Shown in pieces: positions 35,614 to 48,970 of a DNA stretch of 64,000 nt. The stretch is from Isurus oxyrinchus (taxonomy: Eukaryota). The notes beneath the pieces were generated by a model that searched no databases, was not told where the DNA came from, and was given only the letters and a program-made list of their open reading frames with translations. The stretch is from assembly GCA_026770705.1 (NCBI GenBank), contig JANJGN010000014.1, positions 83,018,001 to 83,082,000 on the forward strand, written 5' to 3'. Numbering within the stretch: position 1 is the stretch's first letter; each line of letters starts with the position of its first letter. A program made the position numbers and the translations under genes.

Positions 35614-36820
35614 TGTCATTACTGCATCTGACGTGGACTAATTCATAGAGATTAATTGCTTTGTTATGGACAGGGGAGAAATGTCGGATAATTTCTCCCT
35701 TTTTCCCATCCCTCAACCAACCACAACAGCATGTATTTTAGAAAAGAGGTGTTTTAATCATTTGAGTTCTGTGATTTTAAGATCAGACACAAAACAGGCC
35801 TTCTGGTAAATTTAAATCAAAAGAACAGATAAACATTTATTTCTTACAACACCCCAAAATGAATGCAACAAGCACCTACTCCTTATTCACACAGACACAC
35901 ACACATGCACAAACACAAGCAAAGATGATTACCAAAAAAGGGCAGCATGCACTGATATCCTTAAGAAAAGTTCAAGAACATCAGTAATACTTCAGTCCTT
36001 CAAGATGGTTGTTGCAAATGTTATAGGGCCGGAAATTATCTTCTTCAGCAAACTGAAAGAGAAAATAAAGATTGGAGGTTTCTGGCGACAAACCCACAGT
36101 GGTACTCCAAGTAATAACAGGTGCCTGGCTTTTCAGCCAAAGTTGTGGTCAAACCTCTGTAGTGAAGAAATATAACAATGCAATTAAAATGAATTAACCC
36201 CATTTCTAAAACAAAAACAGAATTACCTGGAAAAACTCAGACAGTTCTGTCGAAGGGTCATGAGGACTCGAAACGTCAACTCTTTTCTTCTCCGCCGATG
36301 CTGCCAGACCTGCTAAGTTTTTCCAGGTAATTCTGTTTTTGTTTTGGATTTCCAGCATCCTCAGTTTTTTTGTTTTTAACCCCATTTCTATGTTATCGAT
36401 GTTTCCCATTGTCCATACAATGAGTTTATGGCAGATGTATTTGTCACATAATGGGAATGAGTAATATTCCATCAACATTCCAGCTATGATTAGCCTCTGA
36501 AATGTCTTTATTTGAAAATCCAGCTTCATGGGCCAGCAACTATTGTAGTCATTGTCATTTTAAATCCCTTCAATTGAAATAAAGAGGGGTAGTCAATCAA
36601 CACCTGGGAAGGTAAATTCCATTTTAAGTAATTTCCCAGAGAGAGGCCCAGACCTGTCTGTCTCTATCTATGCAGAAACCGCAGAAAATACCTATCTATG
36701 TAGAAAACACCCTCTGGAGCTCATTTTGTTAAGGTAAATTGTCCATAGTTTATGCTCCTTTCAAAAATAAAGTGACCATCTTCCTAATTAGGTTTTCAAA
36801 CATATGGGGTGACCATGACA
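35614..36820 (-). mobile_element. Possible solo LTR
   Basis: tgtcat...atgaca termini and a tttatt/CA-rich block like the 18266 LTR; no clean TSD. Confidence 0.35.
36209..36375 (+). mobile_element. Penelope-type mini-insert with 5' inversion and hammerhead motif (36243-36281)
   Basis: 15-bp TSD ttaaccccatttcta (36194-36208, 36376-36390). The first ~32 nt are the reverse complement of 36313-36346. Motif agtt-CTGTCGA-a-gggtc(atgag)gactc-GAAAC-GTC-aact. Confidence 0.85.
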
Positions 36821-36859
36821 GCTTTAATTAGTGAACAGCTCCATTATTATTGTATCATG

Positions 36860-38229
36860 TGTTAGAACTACATCTTCAAGAACTGTATTTTTCTTTGAAA
36901 ATTTGGAAGGACATTGCATTATTTGGACACTTGGTTTTTTTAAAAGTTTTTTTCATTAATTCACCTTGGCCTGTGAGCAAGCATGCCTTTAACAAATCAC
37001 CTGGTCTGCTTGGCACTTGAGGAGCAGAGCTATTTGCTATTTGAACCGCAATAACTTTAATTGTTGGGAAAAAAGAACAGTTTTAAAGGCAAAGGCCTGG
37101 TGATTTACTGGAAATCCCCTGACACAGCAGCTTTATGTTTTGAGCTTGTTTTCTTTGACCTCAATTGGGAATAAACTGAGAAAATGAAGCTGCCCAGTTC
37201 ACACTCTCCTTACCTTTACTAAAATAGAGTGGTTATCAATATCCAGCTAGGAATCCAAATCTCAGAGGAACTTGTCTGTCTTTGGAAACCTGAGTGACTG
37301 AGATGAGAAGGTTTGATCCAGCTCTATTTTCCTCCATGCCGAAGCTCAGTTGGTGAGAACTTCCTGACATCAAATGGGACTGGCAATCTGTCTTCACATG
37401 TGGGAGCTCTAGATTGACAGTGTCAAAACCATGCAAATTTTATCCTTTGTTTTATGGGGGAGGATTTTCCCCTCGTCAGGCGGCCGCGGCGGGCGGGCCC
37501 GGGAGCGGCTGTGCAATGGTCCACTGCCTGCAATTGGGCCCTGACCACGATTTCATGCTGGCTGGCCAATTAACGGCCAGCCGGTGTGAATAGTGTGCAG
37601 AAATGCTCAGCATTGCCTGGGTGGGAGGAGAGGAGGGCACGTGCGGAAGTCAGCATATGCATGTGGGTGCACTCACAAAAAGCTTCTTGAAGGCACAGAG
37701 CTGCTTTTTAATTGTTGGCAGGCTCACTGATGACCTTTGTGCACACCCACCGAACTAAACATCGTGCGAGTGCATTGATGATGTTGGGATGCTCGCCCAA
37801 AGTCATCCCATGCCATTTCACACTTTTGCGTGTTGGGCACAAGCCTGCATGCTGGTTGAAAAATTCAGCCCATGAAGCATTTTCATCCACTGCCCATCTC
37901 TGCAGAGACCCTATCCATTTGTCATTTGTTTGTTTGTTTATGTGTGTGTGCTGGGAATTTTAAGAGGGTTAGAGTGTCATATTTCCAGATTACAAATTAT
38001 GCAGTTCTTGCAAATTGTTTTTAAAAAGTAAGTTTTGTTTTATAATAAATCAGTCATTCCGAGTTTATTGAAAGAAGCCTGGTTAAAGATTCTTTCATTC
38101 TGGGTTTAACAGTAGCAAAGGTAATCATTGGCGATTTTGCTGAGTGATTTAAACTTTTAAACAAATGGTGCAACCTGCAGAGTAGTGAGTCTAGATCAAC
38201 TGCGCACTTCTCTCATCCCGGATGTAACA
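36860..38229 (+). mobile_element. Solo LTR (same family as 1824-3326) with nested MITE
   Basis: tgttag...gtaaca termini; 4-bp flanks catg/catt; aataaa at ~38044; colinear with 1921-3326. Confidence 0.75.
37457..37871. mobile_element. Harbinger-type MITE, internally deleted
   Basis: TIRs ggggaggatttt / aaaattcagccc with 3-bp TSD ATG. Confidence 0.85.
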
Positions 38230-38639
38230 CATTTGACTACCATGATGGTAAGAGGGGAGCTTGGTCTTTTTTCATCTATCAATTCCAAAGTTCCTAATAA
38301 AGCTGTGCAATGGACTACCTCCTGGCTATTGCATTATGCCTGAGCATGAAAGGTCCTATACTTCATGGGGACATTTCAGACAGCTTTCATGTCATTTATT
38401 CACTTGCCTCTCAAGGGCCAATAAAGCAATTTTGAAACAGAACTGGATTTCAATGTCCTCTTATTCTCCTGTTTTTAATTTCTTTCTTATTTCTCCTATC
38501 TCATTTTTTCTGTCTTTTTTAATCTACTCTCTTCCTTTCTCTATTTATTCCTCTACGGGTGTCTTAATTCAATCGATTTACTTCATTGTCATTCTCTTTC
38601 TTTCTTAATCCTTTCCTTTCATTTGTTAATGTTTACTAT

Positions 38640-40435
38640 TCCAGATTCATCCTGAAATGCAAACATAACCCCCAACTTATTTTCTCTACTGCCAGGAGTC
38701 TTCATAAACCCCTCTTTTCTATCTCCTGTACCTCACCTCCAATGACAAGTGATGGATTTCTTTGTCTCGACAGATTGAGACCATTTGACCATCTGACCAT
38801 CTGTCTATGCCTCTTCTCTCCCATCTCCTAGCCCACTGGGCCAAACTTACTGTAGGGATCCCCCACTCTAGCACTGAACGTGTTTCCTTCTCTAGTTTCT
38901 CTAATATCTCCCTTCAAGCCCTCTCCAAGTTCATCTTGTCAATGAGACCCACCTCCTTTCCTCTCGACCCTATTCCAACTAAACTACGGACCACCCAACT
39001 TCCTTTTCTAGCTCCCATGTTGGCTGACATTGTTAACTTTTCTCTCTTCAGGTTCTGTCTCTTCTTCATATCTGCCATCATTACCACTCTCCTCAGAAAC
39101 CAACCCCCAACCTCTCTATCCTTGCAAACTACTGTCCTATCTCCAACCTCCCTTTCCTTCCAAACTCCTTAAACATGTTATCATCTCCCAAATTTCCCAG
39201 AGTTCCATTTTTGAATTCTTCCAATCATTTCTGTTCCTGCCACAGTACTGAAACAGGTCTTATCAAAGTCACAAATTATATCCTATGTGATTGTGATAAA
39301 GGCAAATTAGCCCTTCTTGACATTTTTTGACCTGCCTGCAGCCTTTGACACAGTTGATTACACCATCCTTTTCCATTCGTCTCCACTGTCATCCAGCTGA
39401 GTGGGACTGCATTCACCTGGTTTCTTTTTTTGTTCATTCATAGGTTGCGGGTATCACTGGCTAGGCCAGCATTTATTGCTCATCCCTAATTGTCTTTGCT
39501 CAGAGGGATTTAAGAGTCAACCACATTGCTGTGGGCCTGGAGTCACATGTAAGCCAGACCAGGTAAAGACAACAGATTTCCCTCCCTAAAGGACATTAGT
39601 GAACCAGATGGGTTTTTTTTTTAACAACAATTGATGGTGGTTTCATGGTCATCATTAGACTTTTAATTCCAAATATTTTATTGAATTTAAATTCTGCCAT
39701 CTGCCAAGGTGAGATTCAAACCCAGGTCTTCAGAGCATTACCCTGGGTCTCTGGATTACCAGTCCAGTGACAATACCACTCGTCCATCAACTCCCCTATC
39801 CCTAGTTCATTCTTATCTATCTAATAGTAGCCAGAGTATCATGATTAAGGACTTTTCCCATTCCCACACGGTTACCTCTCATGCCCCCTATCCTTGGGCC
39901 CTTCTTATTTCTCATCTACACACTTTCCCTCGGCAACATCATCTGAAAACACAACATAATTTTCCACGTGTATGCTGACGACACCTAGCTCCATCTCACT
40001 ACCACCTACACTGGTTTCCAGTTAAACAATACCTCGGTTTTAAAATTCTCATCCTTATTTTCAAATCTCACCAGGGCCTGGCCCCTACCTATCTCTGTAA
40101 TTTCCTCCAACCCTACAACCTTCCAAGATATCTGTAGTCCTTTAATTCTTGTCTCTTGAGATCTCCAATTTAAATTGATCCACCAACTGGGGCCGTGCCT
40201 TCAGCTGCCCATGGCCTAAGCCCTGATATTCCCTCCCTAAACTTCTTTCTATCTCACTTTTCCCCTTCAAGAACTCCTTAAAACCTTATTCTTTGATCAA
40301 GCTTTTGACCAGCAGCCTTGATATCTCCTTGTTTAACACAGTAACATATTTTGTTTTATGTGCATTGTGAAGCATCTTAGAATGGTTTACTATGTTAAAG
40401 GCATTATATTTAAATACAAGTTATTGTTGTTGTTG
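38640..40435 (+). mobile_element. L2 LINE 3' portion interrupted by a SINE
   Basis: MRPTSFPLDPIPTKL, FDLPAAFDTVDY, FHVYADDT, GRAFSCPWP; tail ends ..aagttattgttgttgttg. Confidence 0.85.
39423..39797 (-). mobile_element. tRNA-derived SINE (same family as 16240-16690)
   Basis: Reverse-complement homology to 16240-16690, including the LINE-type tail. Confidence 0.85.
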
Positions 40436-41439
40436 GTTAAGGAATTTGAGCAGGATATTCATGAGGTCTCAGAAGTGATTGACGTCCTTTTAACATTCCA
40501 ACAATTTATGGAAAAAAACTAATGCAATATCAGTGGTGAGCATAAGAATTCAATTAACTTTGTTTGCTACAAGATTTGCCAAAGTTGCGATCTCTGGCCT
40601 AATATATCTAATAATGTGATAATCCTTCAATACTGCAATGAAGTGTTAGATTATGTACTGATGCCCTGAAGTTGGACTTGAATTTATGCATTCCAACCCC
40701 TAAATCTTCATATATTACTCTGTATACTGGATTAAGACATTTTTTATTATAGACCATATATTTTTATCTATTTTCATGTTGGGGTTGGGGCTGATTTAAA
40801 GAAAATATTTCTATTATTGCCTCTTTCTCATTTTACATACAATTGCCCTTATTTTCTGTATTTCACTCATTGCTTCTCCAGCAGTCTTATTACCTTGAGA
40901 CTGCAGACTGGATTTTATGTGCGCCCTGAATACCCTGCACCGCCCCCCCCCGCCCCTGACACTGCACCTCTGTTAAGCTCAGGTCTACATTTTATTTTGA
41001 ATACCCATTTGGGGGATTGATTAGTAATTGACCAGTCTGCTGGGAGACATTTTCTAGAATTTAGGTTGAGAAAGTGTGATTTCCAGAGTGTGACAGCAGA
41101 ATGTACATTTTTTATAATGTACTAGCAAATCCTCAATGGTGTTATTCACTGTGAGTCTGAGGATATACTGTTTTATAACAATCAGGATATTATCAACAAG
41201 CGCAATGGGAAAAATGCAAGTGGAAGTGTCACAGGAAGTAAGTGTGATGCTTTCAAAATGCTTGCTCTATATGCAACACTTGTAATATATTGCTAGTTGA
41301 GTTCCCAAATTGCGCACAGAGGTGGATTTTATTTTTTATGCAATAGTGTAAAATATCTGCTAGCAAGTCCTAATTTTTTTTTCCATTGACTTCAAAAACT
41401 TTTCACAGAATAGAAAATATAGGGATGCATCTTTGAAGC

Positions 41440-41870
41440 TGTAAAAGAAAAAGACAGATGATATTCAGCATTTGGGCATTCAATACAAAGACAAGGTAAC
41501 AAAGCTGAATTTGTATAAGTCAGTTGTTAGGCCACAGTTGGGTTACATGTATTTGACTCTTCATTATAAGAAGAATATTAGAACAATAGAAATGCTTTTT
41601 CCATTGAAGATTCACAAGAATGTTTCAAGGAATAATAAATGGCTTTAAGAATAGTGGCCTCGTGTAGGATTATATGGAATGCTTTATCACAAGCGATGAA
41701 TGAAGCAGGAACTATAACAGCATCTAAAATGGAGTTAAATGGAATTTAATAACTATATTTAAAGAAAAAAGTGAAAGGACAGTTAAATGTGATTTGATTG
41801 GACAGCTCCTGGTGAAGAACTAGTACTAACATAGACATATGGATGACCACCTTCTGAGTTGCAAAGTCTA
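41440..41870 (+). mobile_element. Old CR1 3' fragment
   Basis: LYKSVVRPQLG, RFTRMF and WNAL relics. Confidence 0.6.
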
Positions 41871-43170
41871 TAATTTTAACATTAAGTAGCCACATATTGA
41901 TTTGGTGAGAGAAACTTCAGCTACACCAATAATTATGCCTTTGATCAGTCCACCAAAGTTTTCTATTCATGGTAACTTTAAGGTTAGTATAAATTCCAAT
42001 TTCTTCTCACTTTAGTTTTTGGCTTTTCCTTTTTCTCATCCTACCTGGCCATTTAACAAGCTGTAATAGAGTTTCTTAAGAAGCTTTAGATCATGTGTTA
42101 TTTACAGAATAACCCTTAACCCATCCTCTCCCCTCCTTGGGTTGGACAAATTTGTATTAGGAACCAAATACAGTTTGTTAATATAAATTCATTACAAACA
42201 AATAATTTCCTTTTATTACTTAAGAAATGAATTGCTTCATATAGCTACACATGATTAAGCACATCATACACATCATCATATCTAAGACTAAAGCCTAAGG
42301 TCTGGCTTTACTGAACTTGTTAATTCTATTTGGACCAAGTGAAATAGCAGAGAGGAAAAACAAATAGATTTGGGCCCCTCCCATTAACTCTCATTGACAG
42401 TAATATTTCTCCCATTAGGTCATTAATGGAAAAATGCAACCTTTTCTGATGATTTGGGTGCCATTAACATAGATATACTGGAAAACAGTCAAGTAGCTTC
42501 TGAGAGCCATTTGTACCTGGATGACCCAAGGACAGAAACTTATCAAGGTATGGTTGAGCTCCTTTCTTTGGCTACCCATCCGAAAAAGACAATGGTCCAT
42601 TCCGCAAAATATACATTTGTTCAAATAGGGCATCTGCAATTGATAATTGTTACTCAAACCTGAGGACATAGTGTCACCTAATCTTGTGTAGGTTGGCATT
42701 TGACCAGAGCTGATTTCCATGTGATTCGTTATACCCAGAGTAGAAGTTTAAAATACAAATCGTCCTGCTTACAGTGTGACTTAGAGCCTCAAAATACTTT
42801 TACCGAATTGCCTATGATAACTGAAAATGTTTAAGCTGTTCACTTTGTAGGTTTCCAGTTGTTATTTCTTATGACAGGAAAGCCTGTGTCCTTGGCATGA
42901 TAGAAAGTAACAGCTCATTTCAATTCATTAGGTAGAAGAAGTGCAAGCTGCTATAATGGAAAAAGATCATTTACATATCCTGATACTTGCTAATATCACT
43001 TTCTAATCAGCTTTAACTGTTAGCACACTTAGAATATTTTCTTGCCTAGAGCATGAGACCAACTTAATTATTGCATATCATTTGACTTCTTTGTTTTCTT
43101 GTGTTGATGGTGTATAGTAACCCAGAGGATTGCCATTAGTTTTCTTGAGATAATGCAAGTTTCTTGAATA

Positions 43171-43267
43171 CAAAAACAAAAATAGCTGGAAAAACTCAGC
43201 AGGTCTGACAGCACCTGTGGAGAGGAAGACAGAGTTAACATTTCGAGTCCGTATGACTCTTCATCAG
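43171..43267 (-). mobile_element. 97-bp Penelope-type micro-insert with canonical hammerhead core
   Basis: TSD agtttcttgaata / agtttgttgaata (43158-43170, 43268-43280). Minus strand begins CTGATGA-a-gagtc(atacg)gactc-GAAAT-gtt-aact. Confidence 0.8.
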
Positions 43268-43474
43268 AGTTTGTTGAATAGGTTGATTGTGTTTCTTTCT
43301 GTTTCAATTCTTACTCCATTATGGATGATAAGCTATCTACAAACAGAAGACAGAAGTTAAAGTTTATTACTCAGATTGGCAAAAGGTGGGAAGTGTTGTT
43401 CCACAAGGACCAGTGCTGGGATCACTGTTGTTCACCATTTCCATAAACTTTCTGGATTCAGGGTTTTATAAATA

Positions 43475-43866
43475 TTATTTGTTCATAGGATGTGGGGTTT
43501 TGTCACAAGGCCAGCATTTATTATGTGTTCCTGAGTCCCCATGAGTAGGTGGTGGTGAGCTGCCTCCTTGAGCAACTGCAGCCCATGTGGTGTAGGTACT
43601 CCATAGTGCTGTTAAGTAGGGAGTTCCAGGATTTTGACCCAGCAATGATGAAGGAATGACAAAATATTTCCAAGTTAGGATACTGTGTGACTTGGAGTGG
43701 AAGTTGCAGCTGGTGGTATTCCCATTTGTCTTTTTCCCTTCTCTCTCAAGTATTAGCAGCCCAGAGTTTGGAAGGTGCTGTCAAAGAAGCTTTGGTAAAT
43801 CGCTGCGGTACACCTTGTAGATGCCACACATTGCAGCAACTGTTTGTCAGTAGTGGAGGAGTGAAT
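43475..43866 (-). mobile_element. CR1-Zenon-like LINE 3' fragment
   Basis: Colinear with 4160-4550. Confidence 0.8.
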
Positions 43867-44169
43867 ATTGTGCAGAAAGTACAATTTGAAAATTTCTTCA
43901 TGACACCAAATTAGGGATGGAAGAGACTGGGGTGTAGAGGAATGCATTAATAAACACAGTATGGTTGTGGGATTGATAAATGAACTTTAATATGCAAGTA
44001 TGACATGGTGCATTTTGGTAGTAAGAATAGGGAGAGCACATGTTACTTGGAAAATGGCAAATGTCAAAATGGAGTTAAGGAACAGAAAACTCTGGGGATT
44101 CAGAAACATAAATCGCTAAAAGTAGCAACATAAGCTATTGCAACCATTAAAAAGCAAACAAAACACTTG

Positions 44170-44872
44170 GGGGGGAGGGGGTGGTTGTGCGGGGGCGGGT
44201 ACAAACCCAATCGCCGCCCCCGATCGTGTCCACGCCACCATTTTGCATGGGCTGGCCAATTAAGGAGAACTGTGACATGTGCCCAGAAGCACTTAGCGCT
44301 CCTTGTGCAGGCGGTGGGGGGGGTGGTGGTTGGAGGGGTGGAGCGAGGGGGGGGGGGGGGGTCGGTGGGGGGAGGTTTCCCCGAGTCGGGGCTGCATGCG
44401 TGCAAAAGAGCGCAAAATTTGTGCCTCAGGGAGGTTAGTTTAACTTTAAAAAATTTAAATAAAGTCGAAAAAAAAATTAAGACGTCCCCTCATGTGACAG
44501 TGTCACATGAGCTGTGACATGTCAATGAATTTTTATAAAAATTTTTATTCAATTTATAAACATTTCATGAAACCTCATCCCGCCCGTGGGTGAGGTTCCA
44601 TGAGAAATGCGAAGGCTGCCTGGGTTCTTCCCTTGCCCACAAACCTTAAGGTTGCTCGGCAGCTCAGTTTATTGGTTTAATTAGTTTTTAAATGGCCTTA
44701 ATGGGCCTTTGACAGTTTGGCGGGCGCGCGGCCAACTTGGCTGCGTGCCCGACAAACTGAAAATCTAAATGACGCACGATGACATCGGGACGCATACCCA
44801 ACGTCACTGTGCATCATTTTATGCCTTGGCAAGTGGGCCCCGCCCCCGCTTGCCGAACCAAAAATTCTAGCC
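44170..44872. mobile_element. Harbinger-type MITE
   Basis: Right end aaaaattctagcc; TTG on both flanks (44167-44169, 44873-44875); central palindrome at 44489-44511. Confidence 0.8.
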
Positions 44873-46329
44873 TTGGTTTCATTTCTGGAGATAGAATTAA
44901 AATGCAGAGGAAGTTACATTAAACTTATATAGAGCATTGGTTTGACCACACTTGGAGTATTATAAACAGTTTGGGATATAGAAACACCAGAGAAGGTCCA
45001 AAAAAGAATTCAGGAGAATGATATCAAAGTTGTGAGATTATATCTGTCAGAAAAGATTGAACAGACTGGGCCTCTTCTCTTTAGAACTGATCGTGGCCTA
45101 TAAGATTATGAAAGGATTTGATAGGGTAAACATGGAGAAAATGTTTCCACTTTTGGGCTAGACCATCATAGAAGCTATAAATATAAGACAGCCATTAATA
45201 AATCCAAAAGGAAAATCAGGAGAAGTTTCTTTACCCAGAGATTAGTTAGAATGCTACCACAGAGATTAGATGGAGTCAATAGCCTAGATTCATTTATGCG
45301 GAAGTTAAAACACATAAAAGAAAGAGGAATAGAAGAATATGGAACTCACTAACTCAGGGAATGGTTAAGGGAGAAGTATAGATGCACTTAAACCAAAACT
45401 TGACAAGCATATGAAGTAGAAGGGTTACGATGATAGATTTAGATAAGAAAAGATGAGAGGAGGCTTGAGTGGAGCATAAACACCAGCATGGACTGGTTAG
45501 GCCAAATGGCCTGTCTTTGTTCTATGTATATTCTATGTAATCCGATGTTATGTATTGAAACAGTTAGTTGGAGAAAGGTTAGAGGAGACTAGTGTGGAAT
45601 ACTATCATTGGTGAGGACTGGTAGGGCTGAATGGCCTTTTCCTGTGATATAAATGCTGTCATGTGATTGAAGAAAATACTAAGTAATTTTCACAATAAAT
45701 ATTCCAGTGATTTATTGTAACTATTACAAAAAAAATATTTGCTTTTGTCACTATGCACACTCCCTGTGACCATATGAGCTTATCTTCACCCTATTCTAAT
45801 TTTTCTTCTACATGTTTTCTTTGATGTAATGCTATGTAATACTATCTACCATCATAAATGCAAAAATGCAATGTAATCTAAGTTCTTTGACTATCCCACT
45901 CATCCCATTCTTCTTTTCTATGTGATTGAGCTTTAACTTTTCCTCCTTTTTTCTATATTTCTTTGCAGCCACGTTCAAATGCTCTTTAGTCACACGTATC
46001 CATTGGCTTCTTCCTCACCACTGTTTCTGTCCTCAGGCATTCTTTCCATCTAAGAGCTGGGTGATTTTCAATTCATTGATTCTATTGGGAGGGATGTGGG
46101 TGATGTAACCCTGCTGTCCACCAATGGAATTGGTAAAAGCCCTGACCAATTTTCATGTGTGGGCCTTATTTCCAATATTCCAATGAGTTGTGAGCACTGA
46201 AACAGTGTTCACAAGGAGGTCACTAGAAACTCTTTGGGAGGGCAAGGTGGAAGTAGGAACTTGGGTGTGCTCAGTGCCTGCTTCCTCACCCTACCCATAG
46301 TAAAAAGCCATGGCACGTTGCCGTGGTTC

Positions 46330-46830
46330 ATTGAATAATTGCCAAGGGCCTGCCTTTGTCATCAAACAAGATTTGATTCTGAGTCCCATAAAGAGATATT
46401 AGAACAAGTGATAAGGTGGGTTTTAAGGGGTGGTTTAAAGGAGAAGTGGTGGGTGGGGGGATTTATGGAAGGAAATCTAGAATATAAGTACTAAGCAGCT
46501 GAAGGCTCAGCCGCCAATAGTGGAGCAAACGGAGGGCGAGATAGAAAAGAGTCAGTTATCAGAGGAATGGAAAGTTCAGGGGACGTTTTAGAGCTGCAGG
46601 AGAGTGCAGAGTTCAGGAGAAGTGAGGTCAAGAAGGGACTTCAACATGAAGCATTGGGGAACTGGAACCAGTGTAAGTGAGGATAGGGGTGATGGGCAGT
46701 TAGGACTTGATGCCTGATAACATCCTGGGAACAGATTTTTGGATGAGATGAAGTCTACAGAGGATAGAGGAGGGGAGGCTGGCAAAGAAAGGATTGGAAT
46801 AGCCAAGGTGGGAAGTGACAAAGACATAGA
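46330..46830 (-). mobile_element. L2 LINE fragment
   Basis: Similar to 11315-11755 (gcagctgaagg..ccaatagtggag, gattttggatgag). Confidence 0.6.
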
Positions 46831-46916
46831 ATAATAAAATGGTTACAGCACTGAAGAGGAACATTCGGCCCATCATGTCCTTGTTAGCTCTTTGCCAGAG
46901 CAGCTTAGCTAGTCCT

Positions 46917-48134
46917 GGGCGGAATCAGGTTTGCACTTGCATGGTAGTGAGTGGGAAAATAACATTTTACGCGCCAGCCGCAATGGTGGGTTTTCACGCC
47001 ATATTGTCCACTTCCTGCCTCATTAATTATGCAGCTACAGGGAATACGCCGTCTCGCTGAATTGCCCACCACGCCATTACCTCACTATTTCCTCGCTCTG
47101 AGTACCAGATCTAAACTGCAGACGTGTCCACACTTCTCAATGCTTGGAAGCCCAGGACGGCTCCAGTGAAAGCCAAGAAGAGTTCAGTGACCCATCACTG
47201 TAATGCCTTTTGGAGGCCTGCTGCGATGTCCTCCACCCCCGCTCTAGCCACCGGAGGTCCAGCAATCTCACCACTCCAGCTTGAATGGTGGTCAGTGCCA
47301 ATGCTGCACAGAAGAGGTTGGCCATCCTGTGCAGAAAAATGATGAATGATCTCATCTGTGCCACCAGAATAAGGCAACCATCTTATCACTCTAAACTCTC
47401 ACACTCATAAGGCCATCACACATTCACTGGCATCTCACTCACTGTCAGATCAAGGGACATCACCACTCACTCACACACACCCTCACATCTTCATCTGGCC
47501 TCATCTCCTCTGGAGACTACCTCCTCAGCCCTCACCGACTTGAGGCCACTTGCACAGATCAACATGTGCCCCCACACACACCCTGGGATGCCCCTGCTTC
47601 CTCAGTATAGTCCTCAACTGCAGCCTTGTCCCTTGCCTGAGGCCACTTCTCCTGCTTCCCCAAGCAAACCCTAGCCTGCAGCTGTTGAAAAGCCTTATGG
47701 CTGATCTGGTAGGTAGAGACCTACCCGTGAGCCCCCACTAAAAATGATGTGGTACTGCCTGCGAAGCCTGGTGTTGATGACCTTGAGTGCTGCTTGAAGC
47801 AGGATAGCAAACAAATCTTGAAGTCCTGAGCAAGGTGCAGTTCGCCAGATACATGTCGCTTATGTATAGTTGTGAAACACATCAGCGTGCAATCACACTG
47901 ATGTGCCCGTATAATCCAGCGTGGATTCCAGCGAGCAGGGCTTATAATGAAATGCTAAATATTGAAGTTAGATTCCAGACATGTGGCTGCAGGAAATGCG
48001 GCCCGCTATTAACAGGTGGCACGACGATTGCAAATTGATTTTACAATGCATTGGACTGATTTTTAGCCTTCTCACCATATTGTCTGCTCACACCCGCCAT
48101 GATGTCCAGACTAAGGGACCAGACTATTCTATCC
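46917..48134 (+). mobile_element. Non-autonomous Harbinger derivative with decayed Myb exon
   Basis: Starts gggcggaatc (compare 18367); Myb relic VVSANAAQKRLAILCRKMMNDL; right end homologous to 20450-20587; cct flanks. Confidence 0.8.
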
Positions 48135-48970
48135 CCTTTCTTTACTCCCATAGCCTTGTAAATGTTTACTCTTCCTTAGAAATTTCTTACTGCTGGCAGG
48201 TCAGTGTAAACTGAAAGTGTGAAATGATCCCTGCACCTAAACAGGTAGTCCCAAGACACCTCTGATATTGAACCTCATTTAAACGATCCCAGTGAGCTAA
48301 AAACACAGGTTTGTCATTCCCAAGTGGCTCACTGCTCAATAATTTTCTGAATTTAATGGCTCTTAGGTAGGTCATTAAAGGAGAAGGGTTAGAAATGGAA
48401 GGGGGTAATCAGGAGGTTAGGATTTCAGAACAAAGGACAGTCGGGATAACAGAACTGGGAGTGGGATAATGGAAGGTTGGGGGCGATCTAGAGGAGGATA
48501 ATTTGTAAGTTCAGATCAAAGGATAATTGAGATACCTGGACAGTGAGGACTGGCAGTGGCTTGCAATTTTAATGTGGGGTTTCGGAGGGGCAGTGTTTTT
48601 AACAAACTTAATTTTGCGGTATCCTGTGGTTAGGCCACATGATAACCCAATTTTGCACAGGTTGACTCAAACAGGCATCAGACTCCTTATTTGCAAACAC
48701 AAAGAGGCTGATACCCATTTTAGACTTGGGGTCTGGATGCCAATTGTTTTGCATATACCGATACAGCAGGCTTCTGGTTCATATTGTGCATGCACATCCT
48801 GACCCTCTCCCTTCATATTGAAGATTTAGACAACTGTTTAATGGGTGGGGCAGCAATAAATTTCAAGGTCAATGTCGTAAATTCCCCCAATTCAAGCCAG
48901 TCTTATCCTTCCCTCCTTCGGCTTTCATGCATTAATGCCTTTAATTTCTTTATGTATCTGATCCGAATAA

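Larger units (their letters stand above)
43330..45650 (+). mobile_element. Old CR1 RT/3' region interrupted by a Zenon-like LINE piece and a MITE
   Basis: SVVPQGPVLGSLLF, ALV*PHLEY, RLGLFSLE, RRSFFTQR relics. Confidence 0.75.

Noticed and set aside
1824-38229. A single 36-kb LTR element bounded by the two homologous LTRs (possibly the LTRs of the Copia)
   Set aside because: The copies are strongly diverged, the second has its own near-TSD (catg/catt), and no PBS or PPT was seen; two solo LTRs is simpler.
42473-42633. Possible exons on either strand (ILENSQVASESHLYLDD.. / MPYLNKCIFCG..)
   Set aside because: Splice sites are weak or mutually conflicting, and no protein was recognised.
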